A DNA stretch of 64,000 nt from Chiloscyllium plagiosum (GCF_004010195.1 NC_057720.1:30500927-30564926); one strand, 5' to 3'. Positions 38,876 through 51,827 are shown, counted from the stretch's first letter. The notes: generated by a model not told the origin, from the sequence alone. Made by a program: numbers and translations.

Positions 38876-38971
38876 CTGTTGTTAACAGTCACTCAAATTG
38901 AAGTGGTCGTCTGGTTCAAGCAGAGTGCCTATGTTGCAGGAAAGATTGGTTGTGACAAGGTTTGAGACAGC
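38876..38971 (-). other. Candidate non-coding 5'UTR exon of the SLC16 gene
   Basis: Unique-looking sequence bounded by cacattttcag| and cag|gtaggt on the minus strand, about 1.1 kb upstream of coding exon 1. Splice-site match only. Confidence 0.3.
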
Positions 38972-38999
38972 CTGAAAATGTGAAATCTCTTCTAACCAA

Positions 39000-39350
39000 A
39001 CCAATGAAGTGTTTTTTTCAAATGGCACTATTGCAATATAGGAATGATAGCAGCCAATCTAGATGTAACAAAGGCCCACAAACAATAGCAAAATAAATAA
39101 CCAAATCTCCAATGTTCTAATGCTGTGGACTGAAGAATTGAAGGACTGACCATCATAGCAGAAGAAGTTTCCTTGTTCTTCTCAAAACAAGATCATGCAA
39201 TCACTTACATCCAACTGAGGCTGCAGACAAGGTTTAATGTCTTTTCTTGAAGATGGTAGCGCTGAATGAAATAATTCCTTAATAGTGGAGTGTCAGCCTC
39301 GAGCATTAGTCGGAGTCAAGAGTCATCACTGTTAAACTGAAGGTGACACC
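39000..39350 (-). mobile_element. Ancient Deu-domain SINE, heavily diverged
   Basis: Reverse-complement similarity to 7548-7935. Confidence 0.5.
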
Positions 39351-39448
39351 AGTTTTATTTACATCACTGGAACAAACACAAAAGAAAAATAGTTACAAAT
39401 TACATTCTACACTTCCTATATACAGGCTCTGTTCCAAGCCTGTTCAAT

Positions 39449-39786
39449 ATCCCTGAATGGGTTTCACACACCATTTTCAAAGCCCACACAATATAAACGA
39501 GCCCTGTGTCAAGACAGGAAAATTCAACCTTTTTCTAAAACTTAGTTCTGGAACCTTCTCAGGTTATAAAAAAATTCTCAGATGAAGGGATAGATCCTCT
39601 CGATCTATCCTCTCACATTTCCTCAGAATTTTATATATTTCAATAGAATAGTCTGTCATTCTAGAAACTCAAATGAACACAGACATTTTCCTCATAATAC
39701 AACCTGTTCTTTCCAGGAATCAGTGGACTGAACCTCCTCTGAAATGTCTTCAGTGGGAAGTGCATCCCTTCATAGACAACAACCTG
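39449..39786 (+). repeat. About 338-bp dispersed direct repeat of 43506-43845
   Basis: atccctgaatgggtttcacacacc...catagacaacaacctg occurs twice with few substitutions. Confidence 0.92.
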
Positions 39787-40724
39787 TTCAATACCTGTTG
39801 AGTCCGTCTGATGTGTGTTCTACTCATGAACAACATTCAGTGGAAACCTCTCAAACTGGTAGGAAACAGGAAATGAGAGGTGGAGGTAATGGGTGGAGCA
39901 TAGAACAAATCACAAGAAAATTATACTGTGTTTACTAGCAGGTAACAGCTCCTGGTACTATACTGATAATGAATCGATACCGCACCCTGATACTGCTTTC
40001 AAACCAGATTCATTAGTGTAATCTACCACAGCACTTTAAGTTAATATTTTACCATTGTTAGCAGCACCATCAACTGTTTATAGTTGCCATAATTGGGTGA
40101 GAACATCAAACATTCGCCTGAAGCCAGATACAAATGTCATTAAAATGTCTATTTTAGAGTCAAATCATTTCAATAAACACCTCCACAGTACAATTTCCTT
40201 TTACAAGCTGCAGAAATATATTGTGGCTATAAACTGTAACAGTCACGTGGCACCTAACCAGCTCTATACAGGCCTGTGTAACAGCACCACCTTTTGTTGT
40301 CCTGTACTATCCCTTCATGGTCAATGTAATTGATAACCAGCACTATAGAAATAATTGCTGCCTAACGGAAAGATTGCATCACAATGCTAGTTAAGCCTGT
40401 TCCAGCATTGATTGCATTGTATATGCCATAAACTTTGATTCCACTAAAGTTCATTAACCAATCCGATTCATCTTAAATATATTCAATTAATCAGATCCTG
40501 GGAAAGAAAATTTCAAATTTCACAAACTTCTGAGAGAGGAAATCCTTCCAATTGCTGGGTTGGATATTTGAGGTGAGAAATCAGGCATCAGACCATTCCC
40601 AGCACTGGGTGGGTGGGTAGGAGACTGGACTTGGGGGCTACTACCTCCTGAAGCAGTCCTAACCCAATCCTGAAAGGGGTTCATGCATGAGAGCCAAGTT
40701 CAAAGACCTACCACTACTTAGGAA

Positions 40725-41885
40725 TCATAGATTCATAAAACTGCACAGCGTGGAAACAAGTCTTTCGGTCCAACTTGTCCATGCTAACCAGATATCCTAA
40801 ATTAATCTGATCCCATTTGCCAGCATTTAGCCCATATCCCTCTCAACCTTTCCTGTTCATATAAACATTCAGATGCCTTTGAAATGTTGTAATGATGTTT
40901 GCCTCCATCACTTCCTCTGGCAATTCATTCCATTCATGTACCACCCTCTGTGAAAAGGTTGCCCCCTTGAGTTCCTTTTAAATCTTTGTCCCCTAACCTC
41001 TACTTTTGGATTCCCCCACCCCAAGGAAAATACTTTGGCTAATCACCCTCATGATTTTATAAAGCTCTATTTAGTCCTCCCTCAGCCTCCATCACTCCAG
41101 GGAAAAGAGCCCCAGCCTATTCAGCCTCTCCCTATAGCTCAAGCCCTCCAACCCTGGTAGCATCCTTGTAAATCTTTTCAAACCATTTCAAGTTTCACAA
41201 CATCCTTCCTATAGCAGGGTGACCAGAATTGGATCCAGCATTCCAAAAGTGACCTAACCAATGTCCTGTAAAGCTAAATGACATCCCAATCCCTATATTC
41301 AATGCACCGACCAATAAAAGCAAGCATAAAAATGGCTGCCTTCACTATCCTGTCTACCTGGGAGTCATCTTTCAAAGAGCTATGAACCTGCTCTTCAAGG
41401 TCTCTTTGTTCAGCAACACTCCCCAGGAGCTTACTATTAAGTGTATAAGGCTTGCCCTGATTTGCTTTTCCAAAAGGCAGCACCTCATATTTATCTAAAT
41501 TAAACGCCATCTGCCACTCTCCAGCCCATTGGCCCATCTGGTCAAAATCTTGTTGTACTCTGAGGAAGCCTTCTTCACTGTCCACTACTCCTCCAATTTT
41601 GGTGTCAACTGAAAACTTACTAACTATACCTCCTATGTTCATATCAATAATTTATAAATGATGAAAAGCAGTGGACCAAAAGCACCAGTTGTTGTGGCAT
41701 ACCACTGGTCACAGATCTCCAGTCTGAAAAAAACTGCCCTGCATCACTACCCTCTGTCTTCTACCTTCGATTCAGTTCTGTATCCAAATGGCTAGTTCTC
41801 CCTGCATTCCATGTGGTGTAACCTTACTAACCAGTCCACCATGAGGAACCTTGTCAAACGCCTTACTGAAGTCCATATAGATCAA
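40725..41885 (-). mobile_element. CR1/HER1 3' fragment
   Basis: [15 protein letters not shown] and SKFSVDTKIGGVVDSEE motifs. Confidence 0.88.
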
Positions 41886-42500
41886 TCTAACCACCACCCT
41901 TTGACAAACAAATGGTATCACCATCACTGAATCCAGCACAATCAACATCCCAGTGGTTACCATTGACCAGAAACTCAACTGGTCTCGCCACATGAACACA
42001 GTGGCTACAATAACAGATCAGAGGCCAGGAATACCACAACAAGTAACACATCTCCTGACTCCCCCAGGGACAGTCTACCATCCACAATACACAAGTCAGG
42101 ACTGTGATGGAATACATTCCACTTGCCCAGATGAGTCCACTCTGTCCTGCCATCACAGTCATATTTGATTTAACTTAAATATTTACTAATCATGATTCCC
42201 TGCTGTTTATACTTGGCCATACAGATATTTTGTTTTTAATAATGAAAAATAAAAATTAAAAAAAATCAACAGTATCAAGCTTTTTTTGAAGAAAATAAAT
42301 AAAACATTGAAGATATAAACAAATTGAAGATTTGACATTTATTTTAATGACTGGAAATAGTGATGATTTCCACTCACCAGTCAGCTTCCTTCCCTGCAGT
42401 TGTGCCTCACTGTGGTTTGTGGTGTTACTCTGCTACTAGTCTCATTTCAGGTTCAAAATCACACAACACCAGGTTATAGTCCAACAGGTTTAATTGGAAG

Positions 42501-42535
42501 CACGAGCTTTCAGAGCGCTGCTCCTTCATCAGGTG
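42501..42535 (-). ncRNA. Minimal type I hammerhead ribozyme motif (family 2)
   Basis: cac-CTGATGA-A-GGAGC-agc-GCTCT-GAAA-GCTC-gtg: complete core, AGCT palindrome, cac/gtg stem I. Confidence 0.75.
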
Positions 42536-42846
42536 ATTAGATTAGATTACGTACAGTGTGGAAACAGGCCCTTCGGCCCAACAAGTCCACACCACCCCGC
42601 CGAAGCGCAACCCACCCATACCCCTACCCCTACATTTACCCCTTACCTAACACTACGGGCAATTTAGCATGGCCAATTTACCTGACCTGCACATCTTTGG
42701 ACTGTGGGAGGAAACCGGAGCAAACCCACGCAGACACAGGGAGAACGTGCAAACTCCACACAGTCAGTCGCCTGAGGCAGGAATTGAACCCGGGTCCCTG
42801 GCGCTGTGAGGCAGCAGTGCTAACCACTGTGCCACCGTGCCACCCA
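42536..42846 (-). mobile_element. Full-length HE1 SINE nested in a PLE terminal repeat
   Basis: Reverse complement of the 12844-13157 sequence; flanked by aggtg repeats. Confidence 0.9.
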
Positions 42847-45087
42847 CAAAAAAAGGTGGTTGTGCAGTATAAGATCAAAAGTCTCAGAATTTATAGCAGA
42901 CGATTACAGTGTCATACAGTGATACTTCTTCTGCTATAAATTCTGTGTCTTATGAGTTCTTGCAGTAAACCGTAATTAAAGCACCTCTTCCCTACTTTGC
43001 ACCGAATTTCCATTTTAAATCAAATTTCCAACTGTAGTCAGTCAATACTTCACTTTGTCTTTGGCTAACTCAGCTGAGGTCATACTGCTACATCCTCAAG
43101 ACTAACTCTGCAGGAGTACTTTATATAAGTCCGCTTAGAGAACCTGGTGAACCATAGTACTTAACACTTCAGTTCGACAAAGGAATCGAGGTGGTTGAAC
43201 TCGATCAGCCAGAATCAGTCAGCAATTACTGTTCAGCTATTTTACTTATTTACCCAACCTGGAAACTTAACTTCAAAACAACATACCAGTTGAGTTTTCA
43301 CTTTAAATCAAATTTTCAAAAGTAAACGGTCAGCAGCTGACCCGGCGTCCAACCCACTAAACTGACATACCACACTGCTGCAGTCCCAATGCTAACCGGA
43401 CTCCTACCTTCCACCATGCAGCCTGTCACATCATCTGGGTCAAGCTGCTTTCTTACTCCTTTATGTGACATCAGAACAATTTTGGCAAAACGAACAGTGG
43501 AGGAAATCCCTGAATGGGTTTCACACACCATTTTCAAAGCCCACACAATATAAACGGGCCCTGTGTCAAGACAGGAAAATTCAGCCTTTTTCTAAAACTT
43601 AGTTCTGGAATCTTCTCGGTTCATAAAACAAAAATCTCCTATGAAGGGATAGATCCTCTCAATCTATCCTATCACGTTTCCTCAGAATTTTATATATTTC
43701 AGTAGAATAATCTGTCATTCTAGAAACTCAAATGAACACAGACATTTTCCTCATAAAACAACCTGTTCTTTCCAGGAATCAGTGGACTGAACCTCCTCTG
43801 AAATGCCTTCAGTGGGAAGTGCATCCCTTCATAGACAACAACCTGAACCATCAAATGCATTTTGGAAACAGGAGCTGGCTCCCCTTTGTTCACTGAACCC
43901 CATCCCCCACCCATACACATTCAAATTGTCAAAAACTCCATCTCTTTCATATCAACTTGCCAACCCAATACAGCTCATAATTCCCAATGTCTACACCCAA
44001 CCCAGTTACATTTGCCGAGATTTGCCCTACCGTTCCCACCCTGATGCTGGCATATCAGGTGAATAGTCACGGACCTTTCCACCTTCTTAAAGCCAGGGTG
44101 GATGGAACCCCACCCTACCCCCTCTGCCACCCAGGCATTACACCCTTCCCATGCGTTCCCTACAAATTCCTGCAGCACCCCATGCCCTTCACAATTGCAT
44201 TGTGCTCTTACCCAGAGTCTGCAGTGCCCAGTCCCAAAGACTAACTTTCAAACTGCTGAGGTTCAGTATCGTGGCTTTAGCTACACTTGCCCCTTATCTG
44301 CTCCCACTCTAGCAACCCCCAGCAATAGGGTTTTGTGGACAGACCTAATAGACTGGAGAGTGGACCACTCCCCCGCTTGATAGGATCTGTCAACCCTGGC
44401 CAAGTAATGCCTGCTCTCTGACTTATGCCTATTCATTTCCCCATCTGCCATGCAGACTGACTGTTACAGAGCCCCTGGTCAGACCATGGCCCACTCCCTG
44501 GACTGCAGAAAATGAACCTCCAGACCAAGATTTGCAATTGGACATCCAACTGAGACCAATGCCCTGGAATGGACTGGAATGGTAGACTTCCTTGACTTAC
44601 CGTGTCAGAGCCTCTCTGTCTGATGAATTCCCTGGAGGGACCCATCTATGAATACTCCACTTTGAGCCGGTTACATGGCTGCTAGCTTGCTGCATATGCA
44701 CTGTGTTTGCCACATACGCTGCTGGAACGTGGACCAGGATGTGAGAATAACACATTACACCACTGTGGCTAGATGCGTACTCTCTAGACAGAGGACTGCT
44801 CAACAGCAAAGCAAGATGCCCGGCTGTATGACTGCAACATCTAGCACGGCCAGTCAAGGCTTATGAGCAAGCAGATATGTGCTAACTCAGCCAGCAAAAG
44901 GCTATGAGGTGTACTAAAATCCAGTCTCTTTACACAAAGTTTTCCCACTGCAGTGCAGGTCTGTACTTCCAGAGTGCAATGTGTTGCATAGAAGAAGTGC
45001 CAGAATGGTCATTTTGGGTGGTGGACGGCAGTTGCAAATGCCCATAGAGCTGGTGCCTGCGACTCATGCTTTGAGATGTTGAAGGGG

Positions 45088-45213
45088 CTGATGAAGGGCT
45101 TATGTCTGAAACGTTGATTCTCCTGCTCCTTGGATGCTGCCTGACCTCCTGTACTTTCCCAGCACCACACTCTTGACTCTGATCTCCCGCATCTGCAATC
45201 CTCACTTTCTCCT
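45088..45213 (+). mobile_element. Short PLE terminal-repeat copy
   Basis: Begins exactly at CTGATGAAGGGC and ends at cactttctcct. Confidence 0.8.
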
Positions 45214-45729
45214 AGTGGAGGTGTTGGTGGCCAGTCTTGGAGTGGGAGGTGTTTTGGAGCAAGTGGTGAGCTGAATCTGCCAGGGACACACTCTGGTTTT
45301 GCTGTCAATATTTTAAATCTATACATGCACATGCTGTTTGCGAAAGAGTTCCAACTTTTTACTACTTTTCCTTTTAGTTCCAAAGCACTTTATTTGTAAA
45401 ATGTGAGACAGTCCATTACAAAATATTTCAGGCTGAAAACTACAGTTAAGTGCAATAAAAATTCAACTTGTAAGCAGACAGCACGTTCTACTCTTAGGTG
45501 GCTCACTTCAATTGTAATACACTTGATAGTTAGAGTTATATTCAATGTCAGGCATATAGTCTGAGGGGTTCCTCACCTTTCTATAATAGTGAATTCCACA
45601 GATTCACTACTCTTTGAATGAAGAAGTCCTCTCTTATCTCAGTTCCAAATGGCTTACACCATATCCCAAGACTGCAATCAAGGGAAAACATCCTTCACGC
45701 ACATAGCTGATAAGCAATCATCTCCCACA

Positions 45730-46860
45730 GTTCTGCTCTCGCCCTTTCTCTTTCCTCCCACAACGATAGGGATCTACTCGTCCTCAATTACCATCACACC
45801 AACCTCCACATCCAAAGTATTGTAAATCACCCTTCCCCTCATCTCCAACAGGATGCCACAACCAGACACATGTTCTGCATCCCCCATTCCCCTTCCCTTG
45901 TCAGCCTTCTGCAGGAACTGCTCCCTCCGGGACACCTTGGTCCACTTCTCTTCCATTCCCAACACCTCCCTACACCCCCATGGCACCTTCTCATGCAATT
46001 ACCAAAGATATAACACTTGCCCCTTTACTTCCTTCCTCCTCACTACCCAAGGCTCCACACACACCTTCCAGATGAAGCAGCAACTATACTTCACTCAATC
46101 TAGTCCACTATATTCGCTGTTCACAATGTTATCTCCTCCACACAGGGGAGATAAAACAAAGGTTGGACAACCGCTCTGCAGAACATCTACATTCTCTCTG
46201 CAAAAATGACCCCAAGATTTCAGTTGCTTACTACTTAATTTTGTTGGTTTTTATTTTTGTTGTCACCTGTACTCAAGTGCAAAGGTACAGGAGTACAATG
46301 AAAACTGACAACAGATCATGTTCATGTGCCAACGTTTCTGTCTTGGGCTTGCTACACTGTTCCAGCTAGCTGTAGCACAAGCTCAAAATGCGACATCATC
46401 TTTTCCGCGTAGGAACCCTGCAACCCCTTGGATTCAATATGGGAGTTCAATAGAGCTCGATTCCATCCTTCCTTTTTGTTTTAAACCACCCCACACCCAA
46501 TCCTGTTATGATCTGAGTTGCTTTCAGCACAGTGACCCATTCTCTGCTCCCCTCAGCTCTCATTATCACACATTCAGCTTCTCCTCAGTCGTGGCCTACC
46601 ATTCATATTCCCATCGTTTAACTCTTTCATATCTCTCTCCGTGGACTCCATCTATCTGTACATTTCTCCCTTCCCCCTCCCTCCCCCAACCCTCCAACCT
46701 AGTCTGCAGCAATAAATACTACCTCTTCCAAGCTGCTATCAAGTTCTAATGAAGAGTCACCACACTCTGCTTTCACCCCACAGATGCTGGCAGACCAGGT
46801 GAGTTTCACCAGCAATTTTTGTTTTTGTTCCAGATTTCCAGCAGCTGCAGTTCTTTGTTT
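45730..46860 (+). mobile_element. Old Penelope-like element 3' part (GIY-YIG endonuclease remnant and terminal repeat)
   Basis: Near 46100-46190 reads LVHYIRCSQCYLLHTGEIKQRLDNRSAEHL, a decayed Y-x-I..YIGET..RL..RF.EH. Ends in the cacagatgctg...ccagca terminal sequence. Confidence 0.7.
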
Positions 46861-46879
46861 GAAGTTTGCACAGTTTTAA

Positions 46880-48460
46880 CAGACCCTCACTCATCTTTCT
46901 GAATTCTAGTGAATGCAGGCATGATCAAACCAATCTCTCCTCATACGACAGTTCCAATAAGCTCCCTTGCACTCTCTTAGTGGAAAGAATATCCTTCCTT
47001 GGGTAGGAAGACCAAAACTGCATGCAATATTCAACATGTGGTCTTACCAATGCACTGTGTAACTCCAGTAAGGCATCACTACCTCTGAACTCCAGCCCTC
47101 TTGCAATGAAGGCCAATATATCATTTACCATCTCAAATTATTATTGCACCTGCCTGTCTACTTGCATTAACTGTTGTTCAAGGACAATTAGATCCCTTTT
47201 ATACATTCATATTTCCCAATACAGCACAATTTAAATAATACTCTTCCTTTCTGTATTCACATCAAAATATTTTTAACCACTTAGTGCTGCACCTGCCATG
47301 CGTTTATCTGCTCACTCAAATTGTCTAAGCCACTTTGAAACCTCCTTACTTTCTCCTTTCAGTTCACAATCCCATCCAATTTTACATCATCAGCAAACTT
47401 GGAAACTTTGCATTTGATTCCCTCACCCAGGTCTATAATTACATATCATGAACAGCTGAGGCTCAAGGTGTGATTTTTGCTGTACCTCACTCATCACTGC
47501 CTACTACTAGGAAAAAGACTCATTGACTCCCACCCTGTTTCCTGTCTGTCAACCAATTCTTGAACCAAACCATATGCTTTAACTTTCCCCACTAGCCATT
47601 ATAAAGGAAGCTTATAAAAAGCCTTCCGAAAATACAAATACATCACATCAACTGGTTCTCCCTTGTCTATTTCACCAGCTACATCCTCAAAGAACTCTAG
47701 AAGATCTAAGCATGATTTGTCTTTCATAAAGCAAAGGTGGCTTTGTACAATGCCATTAATGCTTTCCAAGTGCTCTGTTATCATTTTTTTTATATAATAG
47801 ACTCTAGTATTTTCCTCCTACTGATGAAATATTTCCCAATTGTGACTCTGCGGCAGCTGCCCCAAGGTTTAGTATATCACTTAGTATGTAGTGCTGGACC
47901 TTATAATGAGCCTGCAACACTTAGTCAAGGACAATGACTCTATGACAATTCCTATACAAAAAGAATGTTGTGAAACTTGAAAGGGTTCAGAAAAGATTTA
48001 CAAGAATGTTGCCATGATTGGAGGATTTGGGTTATAGGGAGAGGCTGAATAGGATTACTTTCCCTGGAGCACTGAAGGCTAATGGGTGACCACATAGAAG
48101 TTTATAAAATCATGAGGGCCATGGATAGGGTGAATAACCAAAGGTCTTTTTCCCAGGGTAGGGGAGTCCAAAACTAGACAGCATAGGTTTAAGGTGACAG
48201 GAGAAAGATTTAAAAGGGACCTTAGGGGCAACTTTTTCATGAAGAGGGTGGTGCACGTATGTAATGAGCTGCCAGAGGTGGTGGAGGCTGGTACAATTAC
48301 AACATTGAAAAGGCATCTGGATGAGTATATGAATAGAAAGGGTTTACAGGAATATGGGCCAAATGCTGGCAAATGGTACTAGATCAGTTTAGGATATCTA
48401 CTCAGCACGGATGAGTTGGACCAAAGGGCCTGTTTCTGTGCTGTACAATTGTGTGACAAC
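46880..48460. mobile_element. CR1 fragments (46880-47830 on -; 47950-48460 on +)
   Basis: LVRPHVEYCMQFWS and DLRGNFF..RVV motifs. Confidence 0.8.
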
Positions 48461-49386
48461 CTTTTGCAATGGAAGACCAGCACATTTCAATCAAATCAAA
48501 GAATATTTACTGTGTTGGTGGATTGCCAATGCAATCTTTCAGTGGAAGGATGAGGTGGACCCTTCCTCACCAGAGATAGCTGTTTGCTTGAATAAACAGT
48601 AACTATTGAAAGACTGGCCAAGTGGACATGATGTAAGGCAAGGCTCTCTGTTCCAGGACTGTTCGTGCTTTGAGACATAGAACTGCAATATGATTGTCAG
48701 GTACAATCAGTAGGAGAAAACGACACAGTCCTTCGAAGATCATCAACAACCCGCACATTAATGTTAATGGTTGAAACGTGGAGATCTGAAAAAGGACAAT
48801 TACAATGATGCAGAAGAATTAATGTTAGCTTAGGGGGTATATCTAGAAAATAACATTTTAAGCAACAGCAGTTCTGAATCTCCTTAGCCTCAGGTGCATA
48901 AACCACAAATATATGGACAAGGATGAAGAAACAGGAACTAGACACAGCTATATTCAGGGCAGTGCTTTTTGCTTATAGTAAAGTTCTCCCAAGGGTTAAG
49001 GCGGGAACATGTTGGCGGGATCGGGCATCTCAGAGAATGTGACAAGATTTTCAGGACCAGTAAGCATGCTTCAGGCTGTGAACTACAGATTACATTAATC
49101 CGTCTGAGGTTGTGAAATGCATTTATGAATATAAAGCTTTCTTTTCTTAGTTCTTTGTTTCCAAGTGCTTTATAACTCTAACAATACTTTGATTAAAATC
49201 GCTTACCAATGAATTTATGAGTTACCCCACCAAAGAAACTAATGATACACACCATTGTACAAAACTTCCAGGACTTGATTATCCTTCAATATGTTCAAAA
49301 TGCTCATTGCCATGCCATTCTCTTGAACACAAATTGCACTAGAATTCTCTGACCTCATTACACTATACCCAATCATAAAAATAAGT

Positions 49387-49564
49387 GAGAAGTGACATTT
49401 CGGGCATAAGCCCTTCATTAGGAATGTTGATGAACATTCTGATGAAGGGCTTATGCCCGAAACGTCGATGCTCCTGTTCCTCGGATGCTGCCTGACATGC
49501 TGTGCTTTTCCAGCACTACACTTGCGACTCTGCTCTCCAGCATCTGCAGTCCTCACTTTCTCCT
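49387..49564 (+). mobile_element. Short PLE-derived insertion with inverted 5' segment
   Basis: 16-bp TSD aatcat(a/t)aaaataagt with one mismatch (49371-49386, 49565-49580); two head-to-head hammerhead-like cores. Confidence 0.85.
49435..49470 (+). ncRNA. Minimal type I hammerhead ribozyme motif (family 1)
   Basis: catt-CTGATGA-A-GGGC-ttat-GCCC-GAAA-CGTC-gatg: complete core, 4-bp stem II, ACGT palindrome in place of stem III, 4-bp stem I with one G-U pair. Confidence 0.75.
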
Positions 49565-50554
49565 AATCATTAAAATAAGTCAACATTAACAATTCAATCC
49601 CAAACAAAATGACAAACTCACAGCACACATTCTTTCTTCAAAAGATGAATGTCAGAAATTCAACTCCAAAAACAATACTTTACGCATGTTCAGGACGTAT
49701 CTTCAGGAACCTGTGCTAAGGTTTTTAATTAATCGAAAAAATAGAATGTGTGAATATTGGATATTTACCAACATATGCAAATATACACAATAAGTTGTAG
49801 ATCATTCTAGCTCTTGAACCTGCTCTGTCATTCAATAAGATCATGACTCATCTGTCTGAGTTTCAAACCACACATTCCTACCTGACCCCAATAACCTCGG
49901 ATTCCATTTCCTACCAAAAATCTGCCCACCTTTGTCTTAGAGGTAATCAATGACCTCCACAACCTTGAGCCAGAGGTCCAAACTTGCACAGTCCTCACAA
50001 CGAAACTCTTTCCCTATCTCCGATCCAAAAGGAAAACCCCTAATTTTAAAGCAGCGGCCTTCCCCCAGTTTTGGATTGACAAAGACGAAGCGTCCTTTGC
50101 AGGTCTCCCCTTCTCAAGAGTATTTAAGATCTTACACACTTCAATTGAGCCAACCTGATCAAGTCAAGGATTTGAAATGAAGACAGGAAATGTTGGATGT
50201 ATTCAGCAGGTTAGGCAGCAACTGAGTCAGCATCTCACCTTGGGAGCAAATGCGACACCAAAGGAGAAAAATGATACAATTATAAAACTTAACTACACAT
50301 TTACATTTGCATTGTAGGGCTGTCGATGGGATTGGTAGTGAAGATATCCTCCTTGTTAACTAGGAGGCTCGTAATGATGCCCACCAATCAAATCTGCACT
50401 GTTGCTAAGTGCAGATTGTCATCCATTGACCTCATTTTGATCGCTTCAACCAGGCTGGGGAAACTGAGGCCAGGGAGTGCTCCATAAAACTGCTTCCCAT
50501 TATTAACTTGTGTGGCATCTTTATTTTGTACTGAACACTTGCAACTTGTGGTTG

Positions 50555-50975
50555 AAGTTAAAAATCACAATATCAGGTTATAGTCCAACAGGTTTATTTT
50601 GAAGTACTAGCTTTTGGAGTGCTGCTCCTTTATCATGTAGCTATGGAGCAGGCTCATAAGACACAGAATTTATAGTAAAAAATCACAGTGTCATGCAACT
50701 GATATGACATATGGAACAAACCTAGACTGCTGTTAAGTCTTTCATCTTTTAGAATGGACTGCAGGTTTCGATTCATTAATATGTAAATCTCAGAACTTCA
50801 TTCAAGTCACATTCTCAAGATAACTTAAGGTTTTATTAAAAACAGGTAACCTCTCAGCTCAGACAATGCATTAAAGGTGAAGTTAGAGTCTGTCTGTATC
50901 CCAATCTTCAGTCAAGTTGGTTCTATTCCCAAAGAAGGAATTTATAAAATGTCACATGGACTGACTGCCTGCACA
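50555..50975 (-). mobile_element. 3' fragment of the second PLE family
   Basis: Reverse-complement similarity to 53380-53760. Confidence 0.7.
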
Positions 50976-51827
50976 CAACCTGCAGGAGGTGCCAAACTAA
51001 AGCTAGTTTGATCATAATGTTTCCCAGGGACAATCACTGGGAATTCAACGTTAAATTATTGAAATGTCTTTTTAAAAATGCAAGAATTTAAAATGATTTA
51101 AAAGTTGATCATTTTTAAAGGTTTAACAATGAATTACATGTCCAAGTATTAAGTGTCAAGGAGCTTTATAAGCTTATTTAAAATCATGATAGAACACAGC
51201 TATATTTAAGCTGTGATAATAAAAGGGTGTATCTTCAGCTGGTAACAACCACGGTCAAGTGACGATCCACAGCCTTTAGCAACAACCCCTAGTCTGGAAT
51301 CGTGCTCTCCCAGCCTTCCTTCCACGGTGGCCTACCAGCATTGGCGTAGCGACCTCCCGGCCTGTTGGAACGGCCTCCTCCTGTAGGGACCTTCCAGCAT
51401 TGGCATGGCGGCTTCCCGGCCTCCTGCAATGACCTCCCAAGCATGCTGTGTAACTGGCATGGTGTGGATCCAGGACCTGGAAGCTAAGTGCCAACGTGGT
51501 CTGCTGCACCAAACTCTTTTCTGTAATGTTGGACATTTTATTTCTGTATCAAAATCTTGTAACAAAAGAAGAAGTGCCCAGATATCTAAATCGGCGCTGT
51601 GACTGGTGACATATAAACTTTTCACTATACTCATTGAGGGGTACACATGATAATAAAGGCTATTCTATTCAACACTGGGATGTGGCTTTATCTCAATGCA
51701 CTCCTGACGCAAGGCTTTGCTGAGGCTTAGATCATTGCACCATGCTGTAGCAAAACATGCAAGTGACCACTGCAGCTATTCTTTGTTCAATCAGCAGAGA
51801 ATACCATGGTTCCACTTCTTGTCCAAC

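Noticed and set aside
43850..44900. Cluster of short overlapping ORFs in moderately GC-rich sequence
   Set aside because: No coherent protein motif; probably an old unclassified repeat.
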